Shown in pieces: positions 26,832 through 40,490 of a DNA stretch of 64,000 nucleotides. The translations under genes and the position numbers were made by a program. The stretch comes from Octopus vulgaris (Eukaryota): NCBI GenBank assembly GCA_951406725.2, contig OX597820.1:68820001-68884000 (forward strand), given 5' to 3'. Position 1 is the first letter of the stretch. Each line of letters opens with the position of its first letter. The notes beneath the pieces are model-generated. The model worked only from the letters and a program-made list of their open reading frames with translations. It was not told the origin of the DNA and did no database searches.

Positions 26832-27085
26832 GGCGTGTGGCTTAGTGGTTAGTGAATTCGGCTCACGATATTAAGGTCAGGAGTTCGATTCCCGGTGGCG
26901 AGTTGTGTCCTTGAGCAAGACATTTTATTACACATTGCTGCAATCCCCTTAGCTGGCAAAAATGAGCTGTACTTCTATTTGAAAAAGCCAGCCTTGTCAC
27001 ATTCTGTGTTCCGCTGAATTTCCTTGAGATTCAGGGTATATCTATCTATGGAGTGCTTTGCAACTGGAATCCTCATCGTCGCATT
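26832..27085 (+). mobile_element. tRNA-derived SINE family C
   Basis: A-box TGGCTTAGTGG, B-box GAGTTCGATTCC, then tgtgtccttgagcaagaca and gccagccttgtcac...ctgaat shared with 44655-44820. Confidence 0.85.
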
Positions 27086-27684
27086 TAAAGTTAAAAGACA
27101 GATTGCCAATTAGAGTTAAACACAAACACACACACGCACAAAACAAAATCGCACACACAGACACATAAAACACACATACACATATGTGTGTGCGTGTGTA
27201 TGCCTCTGTTTTCACATTCAGTTATAATGAAAGCAATTTTACATTAACCTGGTGGGTCACTCAAATCTCCTAAAGAGCATGAATTTATTTTAAAACAAGA
27301 ATATCATTGTCAGTGACTTCGAAGTATCGCCCGTTTAAGCCATCGCCGGATTCAGATGCATTATATAGTCTCTGTTGAGTTAAATTTTTCCTTTGGTATG
27401 TGTATTTGGGTGGAGTCGTAATTAGGCTTTATAGTGGGTTGTTAAGGAATGCTGTTTTGGAGAAATTTTTATTGATTAAATTTCAGATTATGTTGTTTAC
27501 AAATTATTCACCTACGTAGAATTGTAAGCTGGTGTGAAAATGTAAGTAAATGTCTTCTGATTGGTCGATATAGGATGTATGGTGGGTTTTAGTTAGTTTT
27601 GGTATTAATGTATTTAATATATATATACTTACAAGTGCATATAAACACACGTATGGAAATCAGTGTGTACGTAGGAGTATGTAA

Positions 27685-27717
<33 letters not shown>

Positions 27718-27755
27718 TGTATGTATGTATGTATGTATGTATGTACGTATGTATT

Positions 27756-28163
27756 TTTTACTCTTTTACTCCTTTACTTGTTTCAGACATGTGACTGTGG
27801 TCATGCTGGAACAAGGCATTTTAGTCGAGCAAATCGACTCCAGGACTTATTCTTTGTAAGCCTAGTACTTATTCTATCGGTCTCTTTTGCAGAACCGCTA
27901 AGTTACGTAAACACACCAGCATCGGTTGTCAAGCGATGTTGGGGGGGGGGGACAAACACAGACATACAAACATATACACACACATACATGTACACATACA
28001 TATATACGACGTGCTTCTTTCAGTTTCCGTCTACCAAATCCACTCACAAGGCTTTGGTCGTTCCGAGGCTGTAGTAGAAGACACTTGCCCAAGGTGCCAC
28101 GCGGTGGGACTAAACCCGGAACTATATAGTTGGTAAGCAATATACTTACCACACAGCCACTCC
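27756..28163 (-). mobile_element. SINE family B, full length, with internal (CA/TA) microsatellite
   Basis: Minus-strand head ggagtggctgtgtggtaag...ccgggtttagtccc, body ccttgtgagtggatttggtagacggaaactgaaagaagc, tail gaaacaagtaaaggagtaaaagag. Confidence 0.92.
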
Positions 28164-29055
28164 TACATACATACATACATACATACATACATACATACAT
28201 ACATACATACATACATACATACATGCATACAGGTTGCGGTGAAAAACACTGCCATACATAATACATACATACATATATACATATATACATATATACATAT
28301 ATACATAATACCTATGTATGTATGAGTGTATGTATGTATGTGTCTGTGCGTGTGTTTGTTCGTGCGTGTGCTTGCGTGTGTGTGTGCGTGCGTGTGTACT
28401 GCCTTCTATACTTTGCGACAGTTTGGGACACAATTCTGTGTATGTCGCAGAGTGTGAAGTTTCTCTTCGTGATGTATCTGATGTTTAACTTTGGTTACTA
28501 GGATGGCATTTACTTTTTGCCATTTCAGCATAAAAAATTGTTCAATTTGAAGTCGCCTATTCTCAACACTAAGAGTATCCAATGCAACGCGTCATTGAAA
28601 ACTGATGATTACTGCATCGATGTTATCATTTCTTCTTTCTCTAGAAATCGAAAACTGCATTCAGTATTGTATATTTCCTTTCTCTTGTCTCACTTCATAT
28701 ATTTTCATCACTTTGATAAAGTGTACTAGCCGAAACATTAGACCGAATTTTGCTTTTCTATAGTATTTACCTCCATTGTACACGTCTTTGAATAACGTTT
28801 CTAAGCTGTAATTTACTTTGCTTATTTAGTCATTTGTCTGACTCTGTGTATGATTTGTGTGTTTCTTCATCAAATATTATTTGTGCCATTTTTATCTTCC
28901 TCTATATACTTCTCTTCATGTCAAGGATAAGGACACCGTGACGGTGTCGAGCCTTTCTGGTGACGCCGATGTTCGCCTGGGGCTAAATGCAACAGTAACA
29001 CCCCCACCACCCTGCCCTGTCCCTAGCCATATTCAGATGGCTTTAGTCCTTTATG

Positions 29056-29092
<37 letters not shown>

Positions 29093-29096
<4 letters not shown>

Positions 29097-29256
29097 CGTG
29101 TGTATCGTTGGCGATTTTCTTTCTCCGTCTTCCCTTTTTTGGACTTCATATTTCTGACGACGAGCTCCGCTCGAAACGTGGGATCCACTTTCTTTTCTTT
29201 CCTTTCCTGTACTTATTCCACGTCCTCGCATTGTTGTTTGTTCGTGTCTGGTGTGA
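29093..29256 (+). mobile_element. hammerhead-like short element, family H1, copy 2
   Basis: Contains CTGACGA-C GAGC TCC GCTC-GAAA-CG-TG at 29154-29180; homologous to 3155-3347; (TA)n on both sides. Confidence 0.65.
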
Positions 29257-29271
29257 ATATATATATATATA

Positions 29272-29303
<32 letters not shown>

Positions 29304-29318
29304 CATATCATTATGTTA

Positions 29319-29507
29319 TGGGGACGCAAAAAATGAACAACGGCTGTCAGGCGATGGAAAGGCTAAGACAAAACACACACACACACACACACAAACACAT
29401 ACACACATACACACATATAATGGGCTTCCACAGGGTTTCCGTCAGCCAAATTCACTCACAAGACATTGGTCAACCCCGGGTTAATAGTAGAAGACACTTA
29501 CTCAAGA
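29319..29507 (-). mobile_element. decayed SINE family B fragment
   Basis: ggggacgc...cggctgtcaggcgatg...gggcttcc...tttccgtc..ccaaattcactcacaag...tagtagaagacactt. Confidence 0.7.
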
Positions 29508-29848
29508 TATTTTTCGTTTTAATTCGAATATCTTTTGAAAAAGAAAAACATTATAAAAGAACGAACAGACTTATCTGTCAAACTAATGCATAAAATTTTC
29601 TTTATAGATTATACTAAGTTGTCAGTTAAATTTGCTCGTTGCTTTTTTTTTTTTTTGTTTTGTTTTTTTCTTGTGTTATTTGAAATAACACTAAAATATC
29701 TTTATCGTATTATTTCATTCTTTTTGTTCTGTTCTTCCTCTGCAAAATTTGTTTATCGTTTTTGAAACTTGAATATATTTTACCTCTTTTCAGATATTTG
29801 GTGATGCAGAAAAAAAGCAAAACCGAAAGATTTTATCTTATAATTCAG

Positions 29849-30243
29849 TACTCTTTTACTCTTTTACTTGTTTCAGTCATGTGACTGTGGCCATGGTGGA
29901 GCAGCGCCTTTAATCGAGCAAACTGACCCCAGGACTTATTCTTTGTAAGCCTAGTACTTATTTTATCAGTCTCTTTTGCCGAACCGTTAGGTTACGGGGA
30001 CGTAAACACACTAGCATCGGTTGTCAAGCGATGTTGGGGGACAACCACAGACACACAATCATATACACACACATGCATACATACATACATATATATATAC
30101 ATATATTCGACGAGCTTCTTTTAGTTTCCGTCTACCAAATCCACTCACAAGGCTTTGGTCGGCCCAGGCTATAGTAGAAGACACTTGCCGAAGGTGCCAC
30201 ACAGTGGGACTGAACCCGGAATCATGTGGTTGGTAAGCAAGCT
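29849..30243 (-). mobile_element. SINE family B, near full length
   Basis: Colinear with 27756-28163. Confidence 0.92.
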
Positions 30244-30644
30244 CTGAATTAATTTGACAAACAAATTAATAAACAAATGAACGTAATTTCTAATATTTTC
30301 CAACAAAGAAAATCTTTATTAGCTCGTTTTCTTTTTCACCGCAGAAGCACTGTGCTAATTCGCAAAAACAGCCAAATAATATAATTCGGCCTTCCTTTTT
30401 TAATGTATCTCTTATTTGCTTATTATTTTTTTTTTTTTTCATTATATTTTATATCTTCTGTCAGAAAGAATCCTGGTTTGCTGGAATCATTAATATTTCT
30501 TATATCATGATCCATAATCGCTGTTGCCCCTGCTGTCCCGTTTCAGAAGTGAAATTTTAAACGGAAATTTTATTCTAATATTAGTTTGTTCCTCGCATCT
30601 TCTTAGCAGTCATCAGTCATGCAGGCAGACAAACAGACAGGCAA

Positions 30645-30676
<32 letters not shown>

Positions 30677-30916
30677 CAGGCACACGGAAAGGCACCAGCC
30701 GAAGCAAGCGAGCAGATAAGCAACTCTGATTGTCATTAATAGCAGCAGTAGCAACAGCGGTCACAAACGTATTAAAACAAAAGCATAAACGAAAACGGAA
30801 CAACAGCAACAACACCCCCAACAGTAGTAGTGGTGGTGGTGGCGGGGAAAGGAGATGTGTGGTCAGGGTTGAGAGAGGGGTTTTCGACAAGCATCTATTG
30901 TAAGGAAAAAGGACAG

Positions 30917-30937
30917 CAGCTGCAGCAGCAGCAACAT

Positions 30938-30980
<43 letters not shown>

Positions 30981-31024
30981 GGTGGTGGTAGTAGTAGTAG
31001 TGGTGGTGGTGGTAATGGCGATAA

Positions 31025-31097
<73 letters not shown>

Positions 31098-31229
31098 TGT
31101 AGTAGTAGTTGTAGTAGTAGTTGTAGTAGTAGTAGTAGTAGTAGTAGTGCCCTGGTTTCTTCCTTAACGTGAATAAGCTGTATTAAAGAAGTCCTTTGCC
31201 GGTGGTGGGGCCGGTAGACTTGGGGAGAT

Positions 31230-31260
<31 letters not shown>

Positions 31261-31367
31261 GAAGGAAAAGAAAGGAACAAAGAAAGAAAATAAGGAAAAA
31301 GAAAGAAAAAGAAAGAAAGAAAAAAAGAAAGAAAGAAAGAAAGAAAGGAAGAAAGAAAGAAAGAAAT

Positions 31368-31425
<58 letters not shown>
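30917..31425. repeat. (CAG)n/(TAG)n/(TGG)n array followed by (GAAA)n and (GA)n
   Basis: Directly visible; explains ORFs at 30863-31450. Confidence 0.95.
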
Positions 31426-31427
<2 letters not shown>

Positions 31428-32669
31428 GTCTGAACAAAATGTGAAAACATTTTAAAATAGGGGAAGTAGAACGGGCATTACTTTTCGAAGCTTTTATCTT
31501 AATTTTGTTGATTGATTAATTATTATTATCATTTTTACTTTCTTTTTGCCTTTCGTCCGGGCTTAAGAATCACATTGTGATGCCAAAATCTGCAGTAGCT
31601 TAGCCGTTTTAAGGAAGCACCTGCTATATATAATAAACAAGACGTTTAAAGGATCCTGGTGAACACGATGCCGTTTCGGTGCAGCTGATCTGAGACTCGT
31701 TTTGTCCTGCGTTCATACTTTCTCTGCTCCTTTCACCAAGTCATTTCTTCCGTTTTGGAAAGTGAGCTCTTCCGGTCTGCCAAGTGAGAGGGGAGAAAAC
31801 GATGCTGTTCTTGACACTCAGCAAAGACGAATAGGCTGCACCGGAAACATAATCCATCCCCACTGAAGTAACTTGGTCAAATAACTTGGTAACGTCAGTA
31901 GCGTTGAATGGCGAAAAGAGAAAGCAATAGAGCTATTTTTATATATTTTCATGTCTCACTTAACTCTACAACTGCTTCAGTTAATTCGCTATATTGAAAC
32001 CAGTGTACACCATATCGGAACACTTCTTTCCTTTTTATATTTCTATAGAATTATTTATGACTTCTCATTGTTACAATTAACATGTATTAACACAAGTATT
32101 TCTAGAGTTTATGAGAGGCAGGACACCATTGCCATACGTTACAATGTATCTTAAACGGAAATATACAAGAATATACGCATTTTTTTTTTCAATTGTTGGG
32201 CCCTTTTTCACTATTTTCCAGTCAATAGATTAGCCTTTTTATAAAAGCAAGGGATAAGAGTTATAACATTACGGTTTTAAGAGTTGTCACCGTATTTAGA
32301 ATTTATGTTGTTAAACGGTTAATTCAAAGACACAATAAATATCTAGTGAAATGATGTAAAAATATATTAGTGACAAAGTTTAAGTGTAGCAGCGTGACTG
32401 CGGTTTTAGTGAGGATGGAAAAGATTTAAAGAATAATTCAAATTTCTGTATATTAGGTTAGTTATTCGAATTTGGATGCAGTTCAATGGAATTTTTGGAA
32501 ACGGTTCCGGTGTGGGAAAACCCATTATCTAAGATTCGTTTCGGTGTAAAGTCAGTATAAACATAGTTTTTGGCGATGTCAGTTAACATCTCTCGCTCTT
32601 TCTCTCTCCCTCAATCTATCTATCTATCTATATATCTATCAATCCTTGTTTCTCCCTCCTTCCCTCCTT

Positions 32670-32700
<31 letters not shown>

Positions 32701-32719
32701 CATATATATATATATATAT

Positions 32720-33096
32720 TCTTTTACTGTTTTACTTGTTTCAGTCATTTGATTGTGACCATGCTGGAGCACCGCCTTTAGTCGAGCAAATCAACCCCAG
32801 GACTTATTCTTTCTAAGCCTAGTACTTAGTCTATCGGGCTCTTTTGCCGAAGATACGGGGACGTAAACACACCAACATCGGTTGTCAAGTGATGCTGGGG
32901 GACAAACACAGACACAAATATATACACACACATAGAGATATCTATATAGTTATATACGACGGGCTTCTTTCAGTTTCCGTCTACCAAATCCACTCACGAG
33001 GCTATAGTAGAAGACACTTGCCCAAGGTGCCTCGCGGTGGGACTGAACCCGGAACTATGTGGCCCGTAAGCAGGCTACTTACCACAGAGCCACTCC
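32720..33096 (-). mobile_element. SINE family B with small internal deletions
   Basis: Colinear with 27756-28163. Confidence 0.92.
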
Positions 33097-33310
33097 TACG
33101 CCAATGTGTGTATATATATATACACACTTCATTAAAAAGCAGCAAAAATATCACAAGACATGTTACTCGTGGTGGTGTTGGTGGTGGAGGTAGAGAAGTA
33201 TTATTATTATTATTATTATTGTTAGTAGTAGTAGTAGTAGTAGTAGTAGTAAAAGTAGTGCTCTAGTTTATTCCTTGTTAACATAAGTCTTTTTCTGGTG
33301 GTAGGGCCGA

Positions 33311-33462
33311 TAAACAAAACTGTCAGACGAACGAGAACATGAAACTCTGAGTAACAGTTTTTGTAATATTTTTGCTGCTTTTTAATAAAGCATATTACTC
33401 TACATCTGGTATTCGAGTACTATTTTCTCCACCCTGTTTCACATTTACATGCTTACTCTGGT
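33311..33462 (+). mobile_element. short element (family H2) carrying a type I hammerhead at 33316-33361
   Basis: AAAACTGT-CAGACGA-ACG AGAA CAT-GAAA-CTC T GAG-TA-ACAGTTTT: 8-bp perfect stem I, GUA triplet, U4-to-A core change; AATAAA downstream; related fragments at 11754-11836 and 33129-33169. Confidence 0.7.
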
Positions 33463-33466
33463 ACAT

Positions 33467-33511
<45 letters not shown>

Positions 33512-33569
33512 TGTGAGAGTGTGTATATCTATTCATATATATATATAGAGAGAGAGAAGTATACATAGA

Positions 33570-33628
33570 AGGACTGAACCCGGAACCATGTGGTTGGTAA
33601 GCAAGCTTCTTTACCACACAGCCACTCC
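33570..33628 (-). mobile_element. SINE family B head fragment
   Basis: ggactgaacccggaaccatgtggttggtaagcaagc...accacacagccactcc. Confidence 0.85.
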
Positions 33629-35362
33629 TACGACTTACAAATATAGTAAAGAACTAAACAACACTAACCGGGTAAACTGACAGACCATCTTAATGATCAC
33701 TTGATATGATAAAATAGCAGCCAACTCGCTTTCAAATGACTCCTTCCTTATCTCTATACCGATTTACGGGTGTAAAAATAATGGAGGGTGTAATTTGAAA
33801 GGTTAAACTGAATTACCTCGTCTGTTTTTATTGTATACTAAGGATGGTGAGGAAGGTGTATTGCGACGTATGCAAAATTAAATGACTATAGAACAGGAAT
33901 CGAAACCTTACAGTGGACAATGATCACAGTAAATCTAGCTCTTACAACTGAACGTTGTGGGAATTATATTTGATCACCATATTTTTTTATAGATCATGGA
34001 AAAATATTCTCGCCCGACAGGTTTTAAACTAAATATAGCAAAGCATTTACCCTAACTCCTAAATGATTCACCAAAGGAAAGTACCGATTCCATTGTAACA
34101 ATAATTACAATAATGTGTTGACAGCAATATTTCCTTCAGGGTGCAACTTTGAAATGATAACTGCTTCAACATTATCAAGACCATGGCCATCATTAGAATT
34201 CTCCAGTAAACCTAAATAACGGTGACATTTAAATCATAATACAATCTAAACACGAGTCCTTGAGTAGACAAGACCTACGGTTAAAATCTTTGACTATCCC
34301 ACGTTGATAACAACTTCTTTCTTTTGTTTACTAATTTTCAATGAACTGTTATTATCTCTGGGTTATATGAACCTCAGATATATTCAGCCACTGTTTTCGC
34401 CTCTTGGTAATTCTGCACACAGACACAGAGAGACGGACAGACACACAATATACACACACGCACACACATACATGTACACACACATATGCACATCCGCACT
34501 GCACATACACACAGGCACGTTTGTTTGTGTTGATGTATGAATATATAAAATACATATAAAACATATCTATCTCTCTGTCACCCCTCTCACTTTCTCTCTC
34601 TAAAGATATATATATATATATATACACACGCACACACACGAGCGCACACTCATATATATAATATTGATATGTATGTGTATAAATAACGATATATGCAGAC
34701 ATACATATCTACATATATAACTATAACACTATATCATGTTAACCTTTACAGGAAAAATATTTCTTTTGTTTAATAGTCTTTCTCTTAATCTTTGCGTTAG
34801 GAAGGAATGGCAGTGCATATGGCTCTTTATTACAGAGGCCCTCGAGACTTAGGTTCAGAGGAATAGTGGGATCCGCTACCACTCAATGACTGAAGCCAGT
34901 ATTCCAAAATATCGATGCAAATCTAAACGGTGTGGTATCAATTGTATAATTTGAATTATACAATTTTCTTTGATCTTTTTATATTACCAGTATATGCCGA
35001 GTATTGGGTAGCAACAATATAATAACATGAGTTTTGGTGATATTCGATTGTTCTCATTGGTTAATAAATTAAGAACTACGTTTCTTACTTTATCCAGCCA
35101 GGAAGATCGAACATTTATCTATATCAACGCCACTTGGGTGCATTTCAACGCAAAATTATACTGTTTTAAATAAATAGAAATATGTCTGAGTAAAAGTAAG
35201 AAACGCACTTCAGAAAGTATGTTCTTATTGCTCAAAATTCAAATTTCTGGACCAACCATGATTGATTTAGAAGTGATCGTGTTCCCTTATAATAACTAGC
35301 TGTCAGGGCACCATTGGTTGGAAATTACGATAGTGGGCTGAAAGGTATATATGCTGGCTATA

Positions 35363-35489
35363 GAGTGATGGCAGAGCTGTGAAATTTTGCATGCTTTATT
35401 TCAGCCTCTTTATATCAATATCTTCATTATTTCTTTCCAGATAAACTGATATATGAGTGTTCAGAAGAGACTTGAAAAGTAACTAGCAG
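35363..35489 (+). repeat. old dispersed repeat, paralog of 18474-18600
   Basis: See 18474-18600. Confidence 0.75.
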
Positions 35490-36194
35490 CAACTTCTCTT
35501 GAAACTGGACAAAATTTGGCATCGTAGTGTTATCAAGTACCTGGAAAGACAAAAATAGGTGGGGGTTATCCCACAAAGATGGTTTCAAGGGAATAACACT
35601 ATAGCTTTATCAACAGGGAAAACGTAGCCAGCTGAATTTAAGATGAGAAGGGAGAGTCTTAAAGAGAACTTAATGTCTGCCTGTCCTGCAACTTCCAACA
35701 CCGACGAAAATATTGATAGTGTTCTGTCCCTGTTTCAAACTGATTTTTATGATTCTCTCAAGATTGCACGAAACTTATTCATAAAAACAAGATAATAACA
35801 AAATTAATCTGAGTTCAACCATTGATGTACAACAAAACAGAGCAATAATGTAGCGGGAATTATAACAATAATAGTAATAAAAACCGGTTCTGTTCTTCGA
35901 ATTCACTCTGTGCTGTGGGATTGAATCTGTATGAATGCGTGTGCGTGCATACGTGTGTGTAGGGGTAGGCAGAAGCCAGAGTAAAATTGTTAACTTCAAA
36001 CACGGTTCGTAGCACCTTGGACACGAGATGTTCTGGTAGATGTTCGTGTCGACCAATGTTATGTGTGCAAAGTTGACAGATAGAAACTTTGTTGCGGAAA
36101 TCCATAGATTGTATATATGTATATGTATATGCATATGTGTATGTATGTATGTATGTATGTATGTATGTATGTATGTATGTATGTATGTATGTAT

Positions 36195-36237
<43 letters not shown>

Positions 36238-37291
36238 CATACATACATACATACATACATACATACATACATACATACATACATACATACATACATACAT
36301 ACATAGAATTAATGGAAATTTATCAACATACATCTGCTCCTGGAAACCTGTTATTGATATCAAAATACTAAATGTCATTTATATTTTATAAAGATGACAA
36401 ATTTTTCTACAGATATTGCTCATAAACTATCATTTTCAACTTCAAAGTAAGTTGTAATTGTTTGGGTACATATACATTGGAAAATATAAGTATTTTTGTC
36501 TTTTGGCCGCATTTATAATCTATTATCACAACTGCAAAATACAAGAACAGTCAAACATCTACAATTTTTCATGTTAATGTCACTTTCTAGTATTCAAATA
36601 TAGTGAAGTTACTTTTAGAAGTTCTTTAAAATTATTTGAAGTAACATTTTACTGCTAATTTATTATTACTAGACAGCTAATGGGTAGGAATGAATAAAAG
36701 ATGATCCCGATACGGCAAAATGGTAAAACGAAAACATAAATTATAGAGACTATGTTGTAAAATGACGTAAAATATCGGATTGAAAACTAATTTAAGAACT
36801 TCATCTGTATCAAGATATGAGTTTACTATCGATGGCAAATTGTACATTCTAATACCAAGGGACGAAAGTTGTTGAAAGTTAATATCCACTCCACATATAT
36901 ATGAAGCACTAAATATCAGCTTTGAGGAATATGCGAAAATTGAGTGTATTTAATAATAAATATGAAAGGACTTAAGATAGTAAAAATATTTCAGAAATTT
37001 TAGATAAATCTAAAAATGTGACATAATTTTTGAAAGTATTTTCTCCATAGGCTTACATTTTTTCTGGATATTTTAAACGATATTGGCATTTCAGAAACCG
37101 AAAATAACTTTCTTGTTCGAATAAATGCTAATACTTTAAAGTAGTTTATAAACGTGGTCATATCATCCATTATTCTACTTTTTATATTTTAGTCTGATAT
37201 ATTCGAACAAGTATCCTTATCTTGGTTGTTATGGTCACAATGTTTCAGTTGAAGGGAAGTCAACAGAATGAGGGCAATCTACCTATGTAAC

Positions 37292-37417
37292 GTTACAGAT
37301 TACGAAGGGTATCTGAATTTGTAATTTACGCAACAAAGAAGAGAAGTCTGAACGGTAATCTCTTTTCTCATCTTGTATGATTAAGTTACAAACTAAATTA
37401 CTATCGTAATCTGTAAC
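37292..37417. mobile_element. MITE-like imperfect palindrome
   Basis: Terminal 14-bp inverted repeat gttacagattacga/tcgtaatctgtaac plus inner pairings tttgtaattta/taagttacaaa and agaagagaag/cttttctcatct. Confidence 0.55.
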
Positions 37418-38701
37418 CAAGATGAGGAATGAGAACACTAGTTCAAATATATCGATCTATAATGACTGGCTACAGCATTATTCGATTATAAGTTTTGTCA
37501 ATCGTAGAATTTCAACTGAATATTATTAAGTTACCAACAGCAAATAAGGAACTTACTAAATTCTAATTGCTTTTCGTGAATTCTTAGTCTTTCGTTTATT
37601 TATTGCATTGGGCGTCAACATTTCTTTCATCAACCGTTATAATTTTCATAAATATTAAAATTTTTTGGAAGAGATAGGATGGTATTTTAGGAAGATTTGA
37701 CATCTGATCCTTGTACGTTGAGCGATGCTTTAATGTCCACGTAGCTTATTGTTTCGGTAAAACAAACCGAATATAAATAAAACAAATAAATAAAAAGAAG
37801 AAGATTGTAATAGATTTGCTCGACTAAAACCCACTTAGTCGGTGTTCCAGCGTGGCTGGAGACGAATGACTGATATGATTAATGAATAAAAAAATAAAAG
37901 AATCGTAGAAGAGCGGCAATAAAAAGTTAATATATAACTTTCTCCATAAAACATCATGCAAGTAATTATGTTTAAAAATGAAATAAAATTAACAAGAATA
38001 TATTTAATGAAAAAATAAAACAAATCAAGTAATTGTATTTATTTATTTAGTTAGTTTTGAATTTTCATAAATCAAGTTAAATATTTCATATATCGATACA
38101 AAGTTATATATGGATTATATGTTATACTGTGTTTCAGTGGTTGTTTTAGAATTTCTTCCGGTTCATAGTCTTCATTATTTTTTGTTCCATTTCATCAATA
38201 TGACGTGCGATCGCTTTAGCGTTTATTTTAATTAAAAATATTTGTATCCTGAAACCCCCAAAAATTTCGAATGTAAATATGGATATTGACGCAAAATGTG
38301 GAATAAAAAAGCATCCTTTTTCTTAGTCTATCTTTCAGTTTCTTAGTCTTTCAGTCAACCCTCGTTCCTCCTCACCTCTCTTTTCATCTCTCTCTTTGCG
38401 TATACACACATACATGCATACATATATATGTGTGTGCGTGTATAAATATAAACACATACATATGGTAGAGTTTATATGCAAAAATTAAAATCTATTCACT
38501 ACAAATTCTTACATATAAGACATCCAAATCAGAAAGACACCAACCTGCATATATAGGTATTGGTATATATATTCTGCACTAAATTCGCTAGTCACAAAGG
38601 AAAAAAGGTTGCAAATGAACTATTCCGACTTTTGTAACTCAGAGTGATGCACTCAACGAACAGAAGTAGATTCCCCAAGTTATGCTATAACTATCTATCA
38701 G

Positions 38702-38740
<39 letters not shown>

Positions 38741-38888
38741 CGATATATATATATATTAATGTATACACACACTCACATACGCATATATATATATATATAC
38801 ATACACATGTAAATATATAGGCATATACACATATACACATATACACATAGATACATATATATATACATGCATATAGATAGATAGTTAC

Positions 38889-38975
<87 letters not shown>

Positions 38976-39059
38976 CGAAAAAGGCCGATAACACAACAAT
39001 AACAAACAGGACAAAATAGGATACAGGGATCATTCGCAGCCAATTGCCTCATATATACA

Positions 39060-39193
39060 CAATGGGCTTCTTTCAGTTTCTGTCTACCATATCCACTCAC
39101 AGGCTTTGATCAGACACTTGCCTTTATTCAGGCACCGGGACTAAACATGGAACATCGTGTTTGGGAAGCAAACTTCTTACCATACAGCCCCAC
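39060..39193 (-). mobile_element. SINE family B partial
   Basis: gggcttctttcagtttctgtctaccatatccactcaca...gggactaaac...gggaagcaaacttcttaccatacagcc. Confidence 0.75.
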
Positions 39194-40004
39194 CATTGTC
39201 TATGTATTTAGTATTAGTTTTATTAATTTAAATTATTCTAATCGTTACATATTTGAATTTTTATATGTCCTCTTTGCAGCGGATTTAATTAGTAGAATAT
39301 ATAGAATGAGGATTGAAATTCTTTGCGCAATTAAGTCGCATCCTCTTTTTATGTTCTGGATGAAAATCCTTATGGGGTCATCAGTGGCTTTCATCTATTC
39401 GGAATATAAAAAAGTAGGGACCAGTCAAGCACTAGATCTATGGAATCAGGAAGGTCCTTACTCCAAAATTTATGGTCTTAAACCTATGTCTGAAATTAAT
39501 ATAGTTTGGTAACGCTGTTGATTGAAATTAATATACTTTTAATAATTTCTGTGAATAAGGGTGACAACTTCAGATATTTTCGAGCGTATTGTGATCTCAT
39601 CTGTAAAGCAAAGATTTCACCGCACTTACAAAAGTTTTCTGTTAGTCTCTTGATAATATGTTCATATTTGATTCCCATTTCTAATCATTTTTATATTTTA
39701 TGTCTAATTATTTCTTTGTATGATTGTGCTCACTAACTTAATAAATATTAAGTTAGATTATTTAATCACAGTCATAATCTCTCTTTTTTAAATAAACATC
39801 ATGGTAGTCCAACATCAATGGGAGAGGCACTTTGTTAAGTTTTACCTTCCCCTCAAAGCAACATAGACATTTCAATTCAGCAGCCCATCTCTAAGCTTTG
39901 CAGTGTAAGCGTGTGATAGAGAGGGAATATTGCAAACAATGAATGAAATAAATATGAAACGGAAAAATCGTATAAATAAAGGTGCATTACTACAGATGTA
40001 TACA

Positions 40005-40490
40005 CACGCCCCCGCGAATTTGTTGCCTCATAACATCCGGAAAAATGGATACTTTTTTAACAAAACTTTCTACAAATAGCGCTTAGATATTGTGGCTTCA
40101 GAGTATATAGGAATTTATGGGAGAGGGAATGGGGAGAGAAATTTCAGAAAATTCACATGAGCTGACTTTTTTCAGTCATAACTTTCAGGAAGATGGGCAT
40201 CCTTTAATGAAAATTTATACAAATACCTTTCAAACGCTGTAGATTACGATTATTAAGAAATTCGTGGGGAAAATTCGTTTGGGGATTTCCCTCATTTTTT
40301 TAGACCACAGCCTTCGAAATGAAGGGAGGGAGAATATTTGCATGAAAAGAATTTTGAAAACATTTTTTTATTTTCACCCCACTCTCTTATCATCTCGCTC
40401 CGGACCTATTTTGGCCAATTTATTTTTCTTTTGCACTTCAAAACCATGGGAAGAGCATTTTCGGTAAATTCTTTTTTAAAATTGTTATTA
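40005..40490. mobile_element. non-autonomous element with ~150-bp internal subrepeats (DINE/Helentron-like)
   Basis: cataacatccggaaaaatggatac...tacaaata at 40028 recurs as cataactttcaggaagatgggcatcc...tacaaata at 40177; class is inferred. Confidence 0.45.

Noticed and set aside
26832-26905. Possible tRNA gene
   Set aside because: It is the head of SINE family C; cloverleaf incomplete.
27697-33266. Similar ORFs (RRASFSFRLPNPLTRLWS, DGLLSVSVYQIHS) suggesting a gene family
   Set aside because: They are translations of SINE family B copies.
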